A stretch of DNA of 64,000 nt from Rhizobium sp. Q54 (GCA_945870035.1 CAMBQQ010000004.1:197-64196); one strand, 5' to 3'; shown: positions 10,076 through 20,726, counted from the first letter of the stretch. Numbers and translations are program-made. The notes: generated by a model from the letters alone, not told the origin.

Positions 10076-10136
10076 GGCCGGCATCCTAGTACGCGTTCGT
10101 TTGAGAATGAAGTGGTGCCGCGTGCACTGAGGGACT

Positions 10137-10283
10137 CCCTCTCCCCATAGCCCGTCGAAGACGGGCGTAAACGCCCTGATGGGGGAGAGGGTTGGGGTGA
10201 GGGGGCAAGTGACTCAAATTGAGTCCACAACCCCTCACCCGGCGCACTTCGTGCGCCGACCTCTCCCAATGGGAGAGGTGAAG
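10137..10283. repeat. REP/RIME-like palindromic element, family A, copy 1
   Basis: ccctctcccc..gggggagaggg-ggggtgagggg..cccctcaccc-hairpin-cctctccc/gggagagg. Confidence 0.85.
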
Positions 10284-10289
10284 AAGCGG

Positions 10290-10763
<474 letters not shown>

Positions 10764-10836
10764 ACAGGACGCTTCTGCCGACTCGCGGAGAGCAAAATTT
10801 AGCGGAACTCGGCCCGCTGTGCCATCATCCCTGGCG

Positions 10837-11340
10837 ATGCAGAGGTTTGCCGCTACCATTGACCGCCTGAATGCAACCATTGGACGCATGGTGGCCTGGC
10901 TCGTGCTGGCGGTCGTGCTGGTGCAGTTCGCGCTGGTGGTCGCGCGTTACGTGTTTGGATTCGGCTCGATCTGGCTGACCGAGGCGGTGGTCTACGGCCA
11001 CGCCGCCGTTTTCCTGCTGGCAGCGGCCTGGACCTTGCGCGAAGGCGGCCATGTCCGCGTCGATATCTTTTACGCCGACGCGACGCCGCGCAGGCGCGCC
11101 ATGGTCGATCTTGCCGGGGCGCTGTTGTTGCTGCTGCCCTTCGCGCTGGTGCTGCTCTGGCTGGCCGGACCTTACGCCGCACGCTCCTGGACAATCCTCG
11201 AGCGCTCGCAGGAATCCAGCGGCCTGCCTCTGGTCTTCGCGCTCAAGACGCTCATCCCGCTGTTCGCCGCGATGATGGCGTTGCAGGGCGTGGCGCAGGC
11301 GGTGACGGCCGCGCAGGCGCTCAAGGATGCGCCGCGATGA
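10837..11340 (+). CDS. TRAP transporter small permease (DctQ)
   Basis: Four TM segments and GGHVRVDIFY. Confidence 0.9.
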   Translation: MQRFAATIDRLNATIGRMVAWLVLAVVLVQFALVVARYVFGFGSIWLTEAVVYGHAAVFLLAAAWTLREGGHVRVDIFYADATPRRRAMVDLAGALLLLLPFALVLLWLAGPYAARSWTILERSQESSGLPLVFALKTLIPLFAAMMALQGVAQAVTAAQALKDAPR

Positions 11341-12713
11341 GCTTCCCCGAACTTCTCGCTATCCTCATGGTCGCCGCCGTGGTGCTGGCGCTGATGGCCG
11401 GCTACCCGGTGGCGCTGACGCTCGCCGGCGTCTCGCTCGCTTTCGCAGTTGTCGGCCACGCGCTTGGCGCCATGAATTTCGCCATCCTCGGCGCGCTGCC
11501 GCAACGCATCTTCGGCGTCATGACCAATGACGTGCTGCTGGCGATCCCGATGTTCATCTTCATGGGCGTCATGCTGGAGCGCTCCCGCATCGCCGAGGAT
11601 CTGCTCGAACGCATGGGCCGCCTGTTCGGCACCTTGCGCGGCGGCTTGGGTTATTCCGTCGTGCTGGTCGGCGCATTGCTGGCGGCATCGACCGGCATGG
11701 TCGGCGCAACGACGGTGACCATCGGCCTCATCATGCTGCCGGCGATGTTGCGCTATGGCTACGATCCGCGGCTCGCCGCCGGCACCGTGGCGGCGTCGTC
11801 GACTTTGGCGCAGATCGTGCCGCCCTCGACGGTTTTGATTTTGCTCGGCGACCAGCTCAACAATTCTTATCAGGCCGCGCAACTGGCCAAAGGCAGCTTT
11901 GCGCCGAATGTCATTTCGGTCGGCGATCTTTTCGCCGGGGCGATTTTGCCCGGCCTGCTGCTGGTCGGTCTCTATCTCGCGTTCCTGATCGGGATGGCCG
12001 TGCTACGCCCGGCAAGCTGCCCGGCACTGCCGGCGACCGACGTGCCGCCCGCCACCGGACTCTTCGAAGCCTTGCTGGCGCCGGTGCTGCTGGTCGCCGC
12101 CGTACTCGGCTCGATCCTGTTCGGCCTGGCGACGCCGACGGAAGCCGCGTCGGTCGGCGCGGTCGGGTCGATCCTTTTGGCCTGGCGCAAGACGGCGCTG
12201 GCGCCGCTGCTCAAGCCCGTGGTGGAAAAAACCACGCAGATCGCCGCCATGATCTTTCTCATCCTGATCGGCGCGACTTTGTTCAGCCTGGTGTTCCGTG
12301 CGCTCGGCGGCGACCTCATGGTCGAGCGCGTGCTCTCCAGCCTGCCCGGCGGCGTTTCCGGCGCGGTGCTGGCGGTGATGCTGGCGATGTTCCTGCTCGG
12401 CTTCGTCATGGACGCCTTCGAGATCATCTTCGTCGTGGTGCCGATCGTCGCGCCGGCTTTGCTGAAAATGCCGGGCGTCGATCCGGTCTGGCTCGGCATC
12501 ATGATGGCGGTGAACTTGCAGACCTCGTACATGCACCCGCCGCTCGGGCCGACTTTGTTTTTCCTGCGCGGCGTCGCGCCGCCGGAAATCACCACCCGGC
12601 ACATTTATGTCGGCATTCTGCCTTTCGTCGCGATCCAGCTTTTCGCGCTGGTCGTGCTGTGGTTCCTGCCGGGGCTTGCCACCGTCCTGCCGCACGCGTT
12701 TTATGGGCGGTAA
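11337..12713 (+). CDS. TRAP transporter large permease (DctM)
   Basis: LLAIPMFIFMG, STLAQIVPPS and NLQTSYMHPPLG. Confidence 0.93.
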   Translation: MSFPELLAILMVAAVVLALMAGYPVALTLAGVSLAFAVVGHALGAMNFAILGALPQRIFGVMTNDVLLAIPMFIFMGVMLERSRIAEDLLERMGRLFGTLRGGLGYSVVLVGALLAASTGMVGATTVTIGLIMLPAMLRYGYDPRLAAGTVAASSTLAQIVPPSTVLILLGDQLNNSYQAAQLAKGSFAPNVISVGDLFAGAILPGLLLVGLYLAFLIGMAVLRPASCPALPATDVPPATGLFEALLAPVLLVAAVLGSILFGLATPTEAASVGAVGSILLAWRKTALAPLLKPVVEKTTQIAAMIFLILIGATLFSLVFRALGGDLMVERVLSSLPGGVSGAVLAVMLAMFLLGFVMDAFEIIFVVVPIVAPALLKMPGVDPVWLGIMMAVNLQTSYMHPPLGPTLFFLRGVAPPEITTRHIYVGILPFVAIQLFALVVLWFLPGLATVLPHAFYGR

Positions 12714-12724
12714 AGGGAAACGCC

Positions 12725-13504
12725 ATGACCAAAGCCGCCGACATGTTCAACCTCACCGGCCGCGTTGCGCTGGTGACCGGCGCGTCGAGCGGGCTCGGTA
12801 AGCAATTCGCCCGCGCGCTGGCCGACAATGGCGCGGCGGTGGCGCTGGTGGCGCGCCGCACCGACCGGCTGCTCGATTTGCAGCAGGAAATCGAAGCGGC
12901 CGGCGGCAAAGCGCTGGCCATCGAGGCCGACGTCACCGACCGCGCCGCGATGGTCGCGGCGTTCGATGCCGCCGAGAAAGCCTTCGGCACCGTCACCATC
13001 CTCGTCAACAATGCCGGCGTCGCGCAGCAGTCGGTGCGCGCCACCGATGTGACGCCAGAAGAATGGCGGCGCGTGCTCGGCGTCGATCTCGACGCGGTGT
13101 TCTACTGGGCGCAGGAGGCCGCGCGCCGCATGATCGCCGCGAAGGTGCCGGGCGCCATCGTCAACATCGCCTCGGTGCTCGGCTTCGGCGTCTCCAAGGG
13201 CACCGCGAGCTATGCGGTCGCCAAGGCCGCCGTGGTGCAGACCACCAAGGCGCTGGCGGTCGAGTGGGCGTCGCGCGGTATCCGCGTCAACGCCATCGCG
13301 CCGGGCTGGTTCGTGACCGAGATCAATGACACGTTTCTCGAAAGCGATATGGGTCAGGCGTTGAAAAAGGACATCCCGATGGGCCGCTTCGGCAATGAAG
13401 GCGATCTCGACGGCGCGCTGCTGTTGCTGGTGTCGGACGCCGGCGCCTATATGGCCGGCGCGACCATCATCGTCGATGGCGGGCAGGTGGTGAAGATCGC
13501 TTAA
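12725..13504 (+). CDS. Short-chain dehydrogenase/reductase
   Basis: TGASSGLG, NNAG, YAVAK and IRVNAIAPG. Confidence 0.92.
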   Translation: MTKAADMFNLTGRVALVTGASSGLGKQFARALADNGAAVALVARRTDRLLDLQQEIEAAGGKALAIEADVTDRAAMVAAFDAAEKAFGTVTILVNNAGVAQQSVRATDVTPEEWRRVLGVDLDAVFYWAQEAARRMIAAKVPGAIVNIASVLGFGVSKGTASYAVAKAAVVQTTKALAVEWASRGIRVNAIAPGWFVTEINDTFLESDMGQALKKDIPMGRFGNEGDLDGALLLLVSDAGAYMAGATIIVDGGQVVKIA

Positions 13505-13546
13505 CGACTAAGCGCCCGCGACACAGTGGGCCGATGAGGAAACGCC

Positions 13547-14770
13547 ATGGACTTCTCGCTCTCTCCCGAAATCGAAGCGTTGCGCCTCAGGGTGCGGGCC
13601 TTCGTCGACGAACATGTGCTGCCGCTGGAAAAAGACCCGGCCAACTTCGCCGACAACGAGAACATTCCGCATCACCTGCTCGAGCCGGTGCGAGTCAAGG
13701 CGCGCGCCGCAGGTCTGTGGGCGCCGCAGGCGCCGAAGGAATATGGCGGCATGGAATTGCCGATGGTCGCCTGGGCCGCGGTCTACGAGGAAGCGGCGCG
13801 CTCGATCTTCGGCCCGCTCGCCATTCACTGCATGGCGCCGGACGACGGCAACATGAACATGCTGCGGCTGGCTGGCACGCAGGCGCAGAAAGACAAATGG
13901 CTGGCGCCTTTGGTCGCCGGCAAAGTGCGCTCGGCTTTCGCCATGACCGAACCGTCGCCCGGCGGCGGCTCCGACCCGACCATGATCCGCACCCGCGCCG
14001 AAAAGCGCGGCAACAAATATGTCATCACCGGCCGCAAATGGTTCATCACCGGCGCCGATGGCGCGGCGCATTTCATTCTGATGGCGCGCACCTCGGACGA
14101 TGCGCGCAAGGGCCTCACCGCGTTTCTGTTTCACAAGGACCAGCCAGGCTGGCGCATCGTGCGGCGCATTCCGATCATGGGACCGGAAGAGCATGGCGGC
14201 CATTGCGAACTGGAATTCGACGGCCTCGAAATTCCGGAAGAAAACATCTTGATGGGCGAGGGCGAGGGCCTGCGCCTGATGCAGGTACGGCTCGGGCCCG
14301 CGCGCCTGACGCATTGCATGCGCTGGACAGGATTTGCCAAGCGCTGTGTCGAGATCGCGCAGGCCTATGTCGCCGAGCGCGAAGGCTTCGGCATCAAGCT
14401 CGCCGACCGCGAAAGCGTGCAGATGAAACTCGGCGAGATCGGCCAGCAGATACAGATCGGCCGCCTGCTCACCATGCACGCCGCCTGGATGCTCGATCAG
14501 GGTGGCCGCGCGCGCAAGGAAGTGTCGATGGCCAAGGTTCACGTCGCCGAGACCTTGCACCGCGCCGCCGACATGGCGATCCAGTTGCAGGGCGCGCGCG
14601 GCTATTCCAAAGACACCGTGGTCGAATGGATCTACCGCTACGCCCGCTCTGCCAAGCTGGTCGACGGCGCGTCGGAAGTGCACATGATGGTGCTGGCAAA
14701 ATTCATGCGCAACGAAGGCCGCGACTTCTGGCAATGGGGTCCGGGCGAGGGAAGAAGGAACGAGAAGTAG
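13547..14770 (+). CDS. Acyl-CoA dehydrogenase
   Basis: SAFAMTEP, GRKWFITGA, QLQGARG and DGASEVH. Confidence 0.93.
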   Translation: MDFSLSPEIEALRLRVRAFVDEHVLPLEKDPANFADNENIPHHLLEPVRVKARAAGLWAPQAPKEYGGMELPMVAWAAVYEEAARSIFGPLAIHCMAPDDGNMNMLRLAGTQAQKDKWLAPLVAGKVRSAFAMTEPSPGGGSDPTMIRTRAEKRGNKYVITGRKWFITGADGAAHFILMARTSDDARKGLTAFLFHKDQPGWRIVRRIPIMGPEEHGGHCELEFDGLEIPEENILMGEGEGLRLMQVRLGPARLTHCMRWTGFAKRCVEIAQAYVAEREGFGIKLADRESVQMKLGEIGQQIQIGRLLTMHAAWMLDQGGRARKEVSMAKVHVAETLHRAADMAIQLQGARGYSKDTVVEWIYRYARSAKLVDGASEVHMMVLAKFMRNEGRDFWQWGPGEGRRNEK

Positions 14771-14778
14771 CGCTCTTA

Positions 14779-14930
14779 ATCCCTCCCCCGCAGGGGGAGG
14801 GTGGCCCGGCGTCGCTCGAAGAGCGAAGCCGGGTCGGGTGGGGTTTTCCTTCGATAAGCGTCAAGCGTCGCCCCACCCGGCCGCTCGCTATCGCTCGCGT
14901 CCACCCTCCCCGTAGCCGGGGAGGGATAAG
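14779..14930. repeat. REP/RIME-like palindromic element, family A, copy 2
   Basis: ccctccccc/gggggaggg..gggtgggg..ccccaccc..ccctcccc/ggggaggg between convergent genes. Confidence 0.85.
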
Positions 14931-14933
14931 AAG

Positions 14934-15698
14934 CTAATTCCGATAACTCGTATCGATCTTGTCGAGAATCCGCAGATAGGCCGACCAGTCGGCGGCGCCG
15001 CGCCCGGCATCGTGGTGTTCGAACTGCTCCGCCGTCTTGGCGCAGATCGCGTCGGGGATTTCCACCAGCTCGCCCTTGGTCGCCTCCAACTTGAGTTGGA
15101 TGTCGATGGCGTCGAGCAGCACCATCATTAGCACGAAGGCTTCGCGCGCCGATTGGCCGACCGTCAGCAGGCCGTGGTGGTTGAGAATCATCGCGCGGTT
15201 CTTGCCGAGATCGCGGTTGATGCGCGCGCGCTCCTCGAAATCCTCGGTGATGCCTTCGTAGGCGTGATAGCCAATGCGCTTGTAAAAGCGCGTTGCGTGC
15301 TGCGACAGCATGCGCAGGCCGCTTTTCATGGCGCCGATCGCCATGCCGTTATTGGTGTGAATGTGCACCGAGCAGTTGACGTCATCGCGCCCGCCCAGCA
15401 CGCCGCCATGCAGCGTGAAGCCGGGCCGGTTGACGCCGGATTTTTCGTCGAGGTCTGCGTCCATCGAGACCTTGGCGAGATTGGAGGCGGTGACTTCGTT
15501 GTACAAAAGCTCATGCCGCTTCATCAGAAACATGCGCGGCTCGCCGGGCACGCGCATCGCAGAGTGATTGTAGATCACGTCGTCCAGTTTGTAGTGGGCG
15601 AGCAGGCGATAGACCGCGGCGAGATCGACGCGCGCCTTCCATTCACCCTGTGAAATTCCGGCGGGGGGCGCGCTGGTGATGGTGGCGTGCGTGTTCAT
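14934..15698 (-). CDS. Class II aldolase/adducin family protein
   Basis: ARVDLAAVYR, YNHSAMRVP, VHIHT and LNHHGLLTVG. Confidence 0.9.
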   Translation of the reverse strand: MNTHATITSAPPAGISQGEWKARVDLAAVYRLLAHYKLDDVIYNHSAMRVPGEPRMFLMKRHELLYNEVTASNLAKVSMDADLDEKSGVNRPGFTLHGGVLGGRDDVNCSVHIHTNNGMAIGAMKSGLRMLSQHATRFYKRIGYHAYEGITEDFEERARINRDLGKNRAMILNHHGLLTVGQSAREAFVLMMVLLDAIDIQLKLEATKGELVEIPDAICAKTAEQFEHHDAGRGAADWSAYLRILDKIDTSYRN

Positions 15699-15797
15699 GA
15701 GCGTCCTCCAATTTTTTTAGAGCCTAGCATAATGCCGGCGCTTGGCCAGAGAGAGGCGCGCCGATATAGAGAACGCTGTCGATTGAAAGCGAGCATC

Positions 15798-16724
15798 ATG
15801 TCCAATCCGATCAAGATCATCATGGGCGGCTACGGCCCGGCGACGACGGGATTTTCCAAGTCGCTGAAATTCATCGGCGACAAACTTGAAGCCGAATTCG
15901 GCGGCCGCATCGCCATCGACTATATCTGGAACGTGATGGATCACGGCCACAAGGCCGAAGACATTCTCACTTTGGTCGAGAGCGGCGAGATCACGCTCGG
16001 CTATCAGTCGTCGAGTTATCTCACCGACCGCGTGCCGGAACTCGGCTTCGTCGATCTGCCGTTTCTGTTCGCCGACAACGCGCAGGCGCGCGCCGCGATG
16101 GACGGCGAACTCGGACGCTTCCTCGCCGACAGCATCGAGCGCCGCATCGGTTACCGCATTCTCGGCTGGTTCGAAAACGGCTTCCGCCACATCTCCAACC
16201 GGCTGCGGCCGATTCATCTACCCGCCGACATGAAGGGCATGAAAATTCGTGTGCTGCCGAGCGAAATCCAGCGCCGCACCTTTGAGCTGCTCGGCGCGCA
16301 GGCGATGCGCATGGACCTCACCGAAGCCATCAAGATGGTGGTCGCCGGCACTTTGGACGCGCAGGAAAATCCGCTGGCCAATACGGTCACTTATGGCGTG
16401 CACAAGTTTCATAAATATCACACGCTGAGTTCGCACTTTTATATCTCGCGGCCGATCTTTCTGCACCGCGCTTCGTTCGATGCCTGGCCACAGGATTTGC
16501 AGGCGGCGATGCAGAAGGCCGTGCGCGACGCCGTCACGTTCCAGCGCGGTCTGGCGGAAGAGGAGAACGTGCAGTCGCGTCAGGCCATTGAGGCTGCCGG
16601 CTGCGAGATCCACGCCCTGACGCCGGCCGAACACGACGCCTTCGCCGCGGCGGTGCAGCCTTTGCTCGCCGATGCGCGCGGGCTTTACGGCGAGGCGATG
16701 TTCTGGATGGTGCCGAAGGCGTGA
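15798..16724 (+). CDS. TRAP substrate-binding protein (DctP family), no signal peptide visible
   Basis: DLPFLF, ENGFRHISN, DMKGMKIRV and LDAQENPL. Confidence 0.88.
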   Translation: MSNPIKIIMGGYGPATTGFSKSLKFIGDKLEAEFGGRIAIDYIWNVMDHGHKAEDILTLVESGEITLGYQSSSYLTDRVPELGFVDLPFLFADNAQARAAMDGELGRFLADSIERRIGYRILGWFENGFRHISNRLRPIHLPADMKGMKIRVLPSEIQRRTFELLGAQAMRMDLTEAIKMVVAGTLDAQENPLANTVTYGVHKFHKYHTLSSHFYISRPIFLHRASFDAWPQDLQAAMQKAVRDAVTFQRGLAEEENVQSRQAIEAAGCEIHALTPAEHDAFAAAVQPLLADARGLYGEAMFWMVPKA

Positions 16725-16980
16725 TTGTCATTCCGGGACGCGCGCCAGAAGCGTGGCCGGCTGCCGGAAGACGCCGCCGTGGCGCGCCGAAGGGCGCGGG
16801 CACCTTGGGAAACCAGGGCGTCACCTACACTGGAGCGCCTTTTGGCGCGCCACACCCTCGATGTTTTCGAGGGGCTTGTCCGCCGAAGCCCATAGGGCGA
16901 AGGCGGAAGGAGGCGGAAGGAGGCGGACGGCGGCCTGCCCGGGGCCTCAAACAATACGGGCGATGAATCGCGACTGGCTC
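16724..16980. repeat. Composite hairpin-rich intergenic element
   Basis: Starts gtcattccggg; contains a long stem ggcgcgccgaagggcgc..gcgccttttggcgcgcc, a gtccgccgaagc..ggcgaaggcgga module and a 10-bp tandem aggcggaagg x2.7 at 16901-16927. Confidence 0.6.
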
Positions 16981-16985
16981 TCTTC

Positions 16986-17114
16986 ACCCTCCCCTGGAGG
17001 GGGAGGGTCGCGAGCGATAGCGAGCGGGGTGGGGTGAACCTTCGCGCCGCTCACCCCACCCCGATCGTTTTCGCTGACGCTCAAACGATCGACCCTCCCC
17101 CTCCAGGGGAGGGT
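16986..17114. repeat. REP/RIME-like palindromic element, family A, copy 3
   Basis: Same architecture; cgcgagcgatagcgagcgg is the reverse complement of the sub-hairpin in copy 2. Confidence 0.85.
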
Positions 17115-17212
17115 AAGGAAGCAACAACCCTAACGCCGCATTTAGCATGCCGCGGTTTACACCGCCGCAAGGCTTCCTTCGTAGACATAGGGAACGGCCC
17201 TTATTTCCTCCC

Positions 17213-17989
17213 ATGGCGGTGATCATGACTGCGTCCCGACCGGTATCGCTGGCCACGCGCCATCTCAGCAAAAGCTTCGACAGGCCGGCGGTCGACAATC
17301 TCGACCTCACGATTTACGGCGGCGAATTCTATTGCCTGCTCGGGCCGAACGGCGCCGGCAAGACCACGACCTTGCGCATGGTCGCCGGACTGATGCGTCC
17401 CGATGCCGGGACGATCGTGATAGACGGCATCGACGCGCTCGCCGAACCCGAAGCCGCCAAGCAGATCACCGCCTGGCTGTCCGACGAGCCGATGATCTAT
17501 GACAAGCTGACGCCGTACGAATATCTCGAATTCGTCGCCGGCCTTTGGCGCATCGACGCCGGCACCGCCGAAGCGCGCGCCCGTGACCTGATCGCCTGGC
17601 TCGGTCTTGAGGCGCAGGCGCATGACCGCTGCGAAGGATTTTCCAAAGGCACGCGGCAGAAGGTCGCGCTCGCCGGCGCGCTGGTGCACGATCCCAAACT
17701 CATCATTCTCGACGAGCCGTTGACCGGGCTCGATGCCGGCTCGGCGCGTCAGGTGAAAAATGTGCTGCGCGAGCGCGTCGCCGCCGGCGGCACCGTCATC
17801 ATGACCACGCATATCCTCGAAGTCGCCGAGCGCATGGCCGACCGCATCGGCGTCATCGCCAATGGCCGCCTGATCGCCGAAGGCACGCTCGACGAATTGC
17901 GCGTCAAGACCGGCGCCGCCGGCACCAGCCTCGAAGACACCTTCCTCGCGCTCGTCGCCAACGAAGCCGAACTGGTGGCCGCCGCGTGA
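17213..17989 (+). CDS. ABC transporter ATP-binding protein
   Basis: GPNGAGKT, FSKGTRQK and LIILDEP. Confidence 0.92.
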   Translation: MAVIMTASRPVSLATRHLSKSFDRPAVDNLDLTIYGGEFYCLLGPNGAGKTTTLRMVAGLMRPDAGTIVIDGIDALAEPEAAKQITAWLSDEPMIYDKLTPYEYLEFVAGLWRIDAGTAEARARDLIAWLGLEAQAHDRCEGFSKGTRQKVALAGALVHDPKLIILDEPLTGLDAGSARQVKNVLRERVAAGGTVIMTTHILEVAERMADRIGVIANGRLIAEGTLDELRVKTGAAGTSLEDTFLALVANEAELVAAA

Positions 17990-19515
17990 GCCAGCCCGCG
18001 ACGCTCACCTGGCTGGCCGGCCACGAAGCACGCCTCGGCTGGCGCGACTTTGCCGCATTGATGACGGCGGGCGGCCGCGCCCGCGCGCGCAACGCGGTGA
18101 TCCTGGTCATTGCCTTTGCCGCCGCGATGCACGGCTTCGCCTACTGGATCGTCGCCGGCTATGCGGATGTCAGTCTCGATTCCGACCCGACGACCTTGGT
18201 CGCGATCACGGCGACGCTGTTGCTGTCATGGTCGCTGCTGCTGTCGCAGGCCATGGAGTCGGTGACGCGCGCTTTCTATACGCGCGCCGATCTCGATCTG
18301 ATTCTCACCTCGCCGGTGTCGGCGCGCAAGGTATTTGCCGTGCGCATGGGCCGCATTGCCGCTGCGGCGGTCGCGGTGGCTGTGCTGCTGGCCGCGCCCT
18401 TCATCGATGTACTCGTATTGCGCGGCGGCGCGCGTTGGCTCGCGGCTTACGGCGTGGTCGCGGCAATGGGTGCGGTCGCCACCGCCGCGGCATTGGCATT
18501 GACCATTGCGCTGTTCCGCCTGGTCGGCCCGAAGCGCACGCGGCTGATCGCGCAGATCGTCGCCGCCGTCATCGGCGCGGCTTTCGTCATCGGCCTGCAA
18601 GTGATGGCGATTTTCTCCGGCGGCACTTTGTCGCGCGCGGCGGCTTTGCAATCGGAATGGGTGATGGCGCGCGCGCCCGGCATCGACAGCCTCATCTGGT
18701 GGCCGGCCCGCGCCGCGCTCGGCGACGGCGCGGCGCTTCTCGCCATTGTCCTGTTCAGTTTTGCGCTGCTCGGCGGCGCCATTGCTCTGTTCTCGGCGCG
18801 CTTCGGCGATCATGCGATGGCGGCGGCCGGGGTCGGCAGCGCCCGCGTGCGCCAGCGCCGCGGCTCATTGGCGTTCCGCCGCCGCTCGCCGCAGCGCGTG
18901 CTGCGCCAGAAGGAATGGACCTTGCTGCTGCGCGATCCGTGGCTGATTTCGCAGACCTTGATGCAGATTCTCTATCTGCTGCCGCCAGCTCTGTTGCTGT
19001 GGCTCACCTTCCGCACCGGCAATGAAGATTATGTGGTGCTGATCCCTGTCATCGTCATGGCGGCGGGACAACTGGCTGGCGGTCTCGCCTGGCTGTCGAT
19101 TTCCGGCGAGGACGCGCCCGATCTCGTCGCCACCGCGCCCATCGCCGCCTCGCGCATCATGGCGGCCAAGATCGAAGCGGTCATCGGCATGATTGCTTTG
19201 GTCTTTGCACCGATCGTCGCCGTGCTGGCTTTCGATTCGGTCTTTGCCGCATTCGTCGCGGCGCTCGGCATTCTGGCCGCGGCGGGCGGCTCGACGCTCA
19301 TTCAGATCAGCTTCCGCGTGCAGGCGCGGCGCAGCCAGTTCCGCCGGCGGCAGACGTCGTCGCGTATCGCCACCTTCGCCGAGGCGTTCTCATCCATTGC
19401 CTGGGCGGCGACCGCGGCTATCGCGGCGGACGGTTCGTGGTTCGCGCTGATAACGGCCGCAATCGCCGTTCTGATTCTATTGGGCGTGCGATGGATCAGC
19501 CCGCGTCAGGCGTAA
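17986..19515 (+). CDS. Putative ABC exporter permease
   Basis: Multi-TM protein with KEWTLLLRDP; GTGA overlap with the ATPase. Confidence 0.8.
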   Translation: MSQPATLTWLAGHEARLGWRDFAALMTAGGRARARNAVILVIAFAAAMHGFAYWIVAGYADVSLDSDPTTLVAITATLLLSWSLLLSQAMESVTRAFYTRADLDLILTSPVSARKVFAVRMGRIAAAAVAVAVLLAAPFIDVLVLRGGARWLAAYGVVAAMGAVATAAALALTIALFRLVGPKRTRLIAQIVAAVIGAAFVIGLQVMAIFSGGTLSRAAALQSEWVMARAPGIDSLIWWPARAALGDGAALLAIVLFSFALLGGAIALFSARFGDHAMAAAGVGSARVRQRRGSLAFRRRSPQRVLRQKEWTLLLRDPWLISQTLMQILYLLPPALLLWLTFRTGNEDYVVLIPVIVMAAGQLAGGLAWLSISGEDAPDLVATAPIAASRIMAAKIEAVIGMIALVFAPIVAVLAFDSVFAAFVAALGILAAAGGSTLIQISFRVQARRSQFRRRQTSSRIATFAEAFSSIAWAATAAIAADGSWFALITAAIAVLILLGVRWISPRQA

Positions 19516-20726
19516 GAAACACGCCAGCGCTGCCGCGCCACCAGCGCGCCGACGATCACGAGGTTGATGAGATTGGCGCCGACGCCGACCGCGAAAGCCG
19601 GCGCGTAATAGCTGAAGTGGTCGTACAAAAGCCCAGCCAGCCAGCCGCCCGACGCCATGCCGAAAGCGGTGAACATCAGCAAGGTCGGGATGCGCCACGA
19701 CGCCTGCGCCGCCGGAAACAGTTCGCGAATTGCCAGCACATAGGCCGGGATGATGCCGGAAAATCCAAGCCCGAATGCCGCCGACACCGCGAACAATCCG
19801 GCTTCGCTCTGCGTCAGCAGGAAGGCGATCATCGCGCCGCATTGCCACAGCGAACCCGCCAGCACCGTCATCAATCCGCCGATGCGGTCGGAGATCGCGC
19901 CCCAGATCTGGCGGCTGAGAAACGCGGTGCCGAGCAACACCGACAGCATCAGCGCGCCGGTCGAACGGGTGATGCCGAGGTCGCTGCAGAATGCCACCAG
20001 ATGGCCCTGCGGCATTGCCATCGGGATGCAGCACATGATCGATGCCGCGCACATCAGCGCGAAAACGAGATTGGGCGGCAGGCCGAGCACGCGCGCCGGT
20101 GCGCTGCCGCGAACGGGAGCGGGCGTTGGATGGATGACTTCCGGCGGGTGGCCGAAGAAGATCAGCGCCACCGGCACCACGATCAGGATTTCCAGCAGCG
20201 CATACCACAGCATGGTCTCGCGCCAGCCGACCAGCGCGATGGCGCGCTCGAACACCGGCGGCCACAAAGCGCCGGCGAGATACGTGCCGCTCGAGATCAG
20301 GGCGAGCGCCGAGCCGCGGCGCTTGTCGAACCATCGGCTGACATAGACGTAAAGCGGCGCGTTGATGCCGGCGAGGCCGATCAGGCCGATGAACAGGCCG
20401 TGGCCGACCAGCAGCGGAAACGTCGGGCCGAGACTCGACAGCGCCAGCCCGACGGCAATCATCAGCGCGCCGAACGTCACCGTCCAGCGCGGGCCAATGC
20501 GGTCGGCGATGCGGCCCATCATGATGCCGCCGATGCCCGAGCCGAGCCAGACGAGGGCGCCGGCCAGCGCGGGAATCGACCGCACGCCGTCGACCTCGCC
20601 GGCAATGTCCTTGAGCGCCACCGCGGTGATCCAGGCGGCGCCGAACGACATCATCAGCGCCCATAGCGCGGCCGCGGCGACGACCCATGACGCTTTTGAC
20701 TCAACGGACGTTGACGGCGATTGCAT
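19506..20726 (-). CDS. MFS transporter
   Basis: About 12 TM segments; GRIADRIGPR and GAISDRIGG motif-A copies. The start is approximate. Confidence 0.88.
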   Translation of the reverse strand: MQSPSTSVESKASWVVAAAALWALMMSFGAAWITAVALKDIAGEVDGVRSIPALAGALVWLGSGIGGIMMGRIADRIGPRWTVTFGALMIAVGLALSSLGPTFPLLVGHGLFIGLIGLAGINAPLYVYVSRWFDKRRGSALALISSGTYLAGALWPPVFERAIALVGWRETMLWYALLEILIVVPVALIFFGHPPEVIHPTPAPVRGSAPARVLGLPPNLVFALMCAASIMCCIPMAMPQGHLVAFCSDLGITRSTGALMLSVLLGTAFLSRQIWGAISDRIGGLMTVLAGSLWQCGAMIAFLLTQSEAGLFAVSAAFGLGFSGIIPAYVLAIRELFPAAQASWRIPTLLMFTAFGMASGGWLAGLLYDHFSYYAPAFAVGVGANLINLVIVGALVARQRWRVSYA

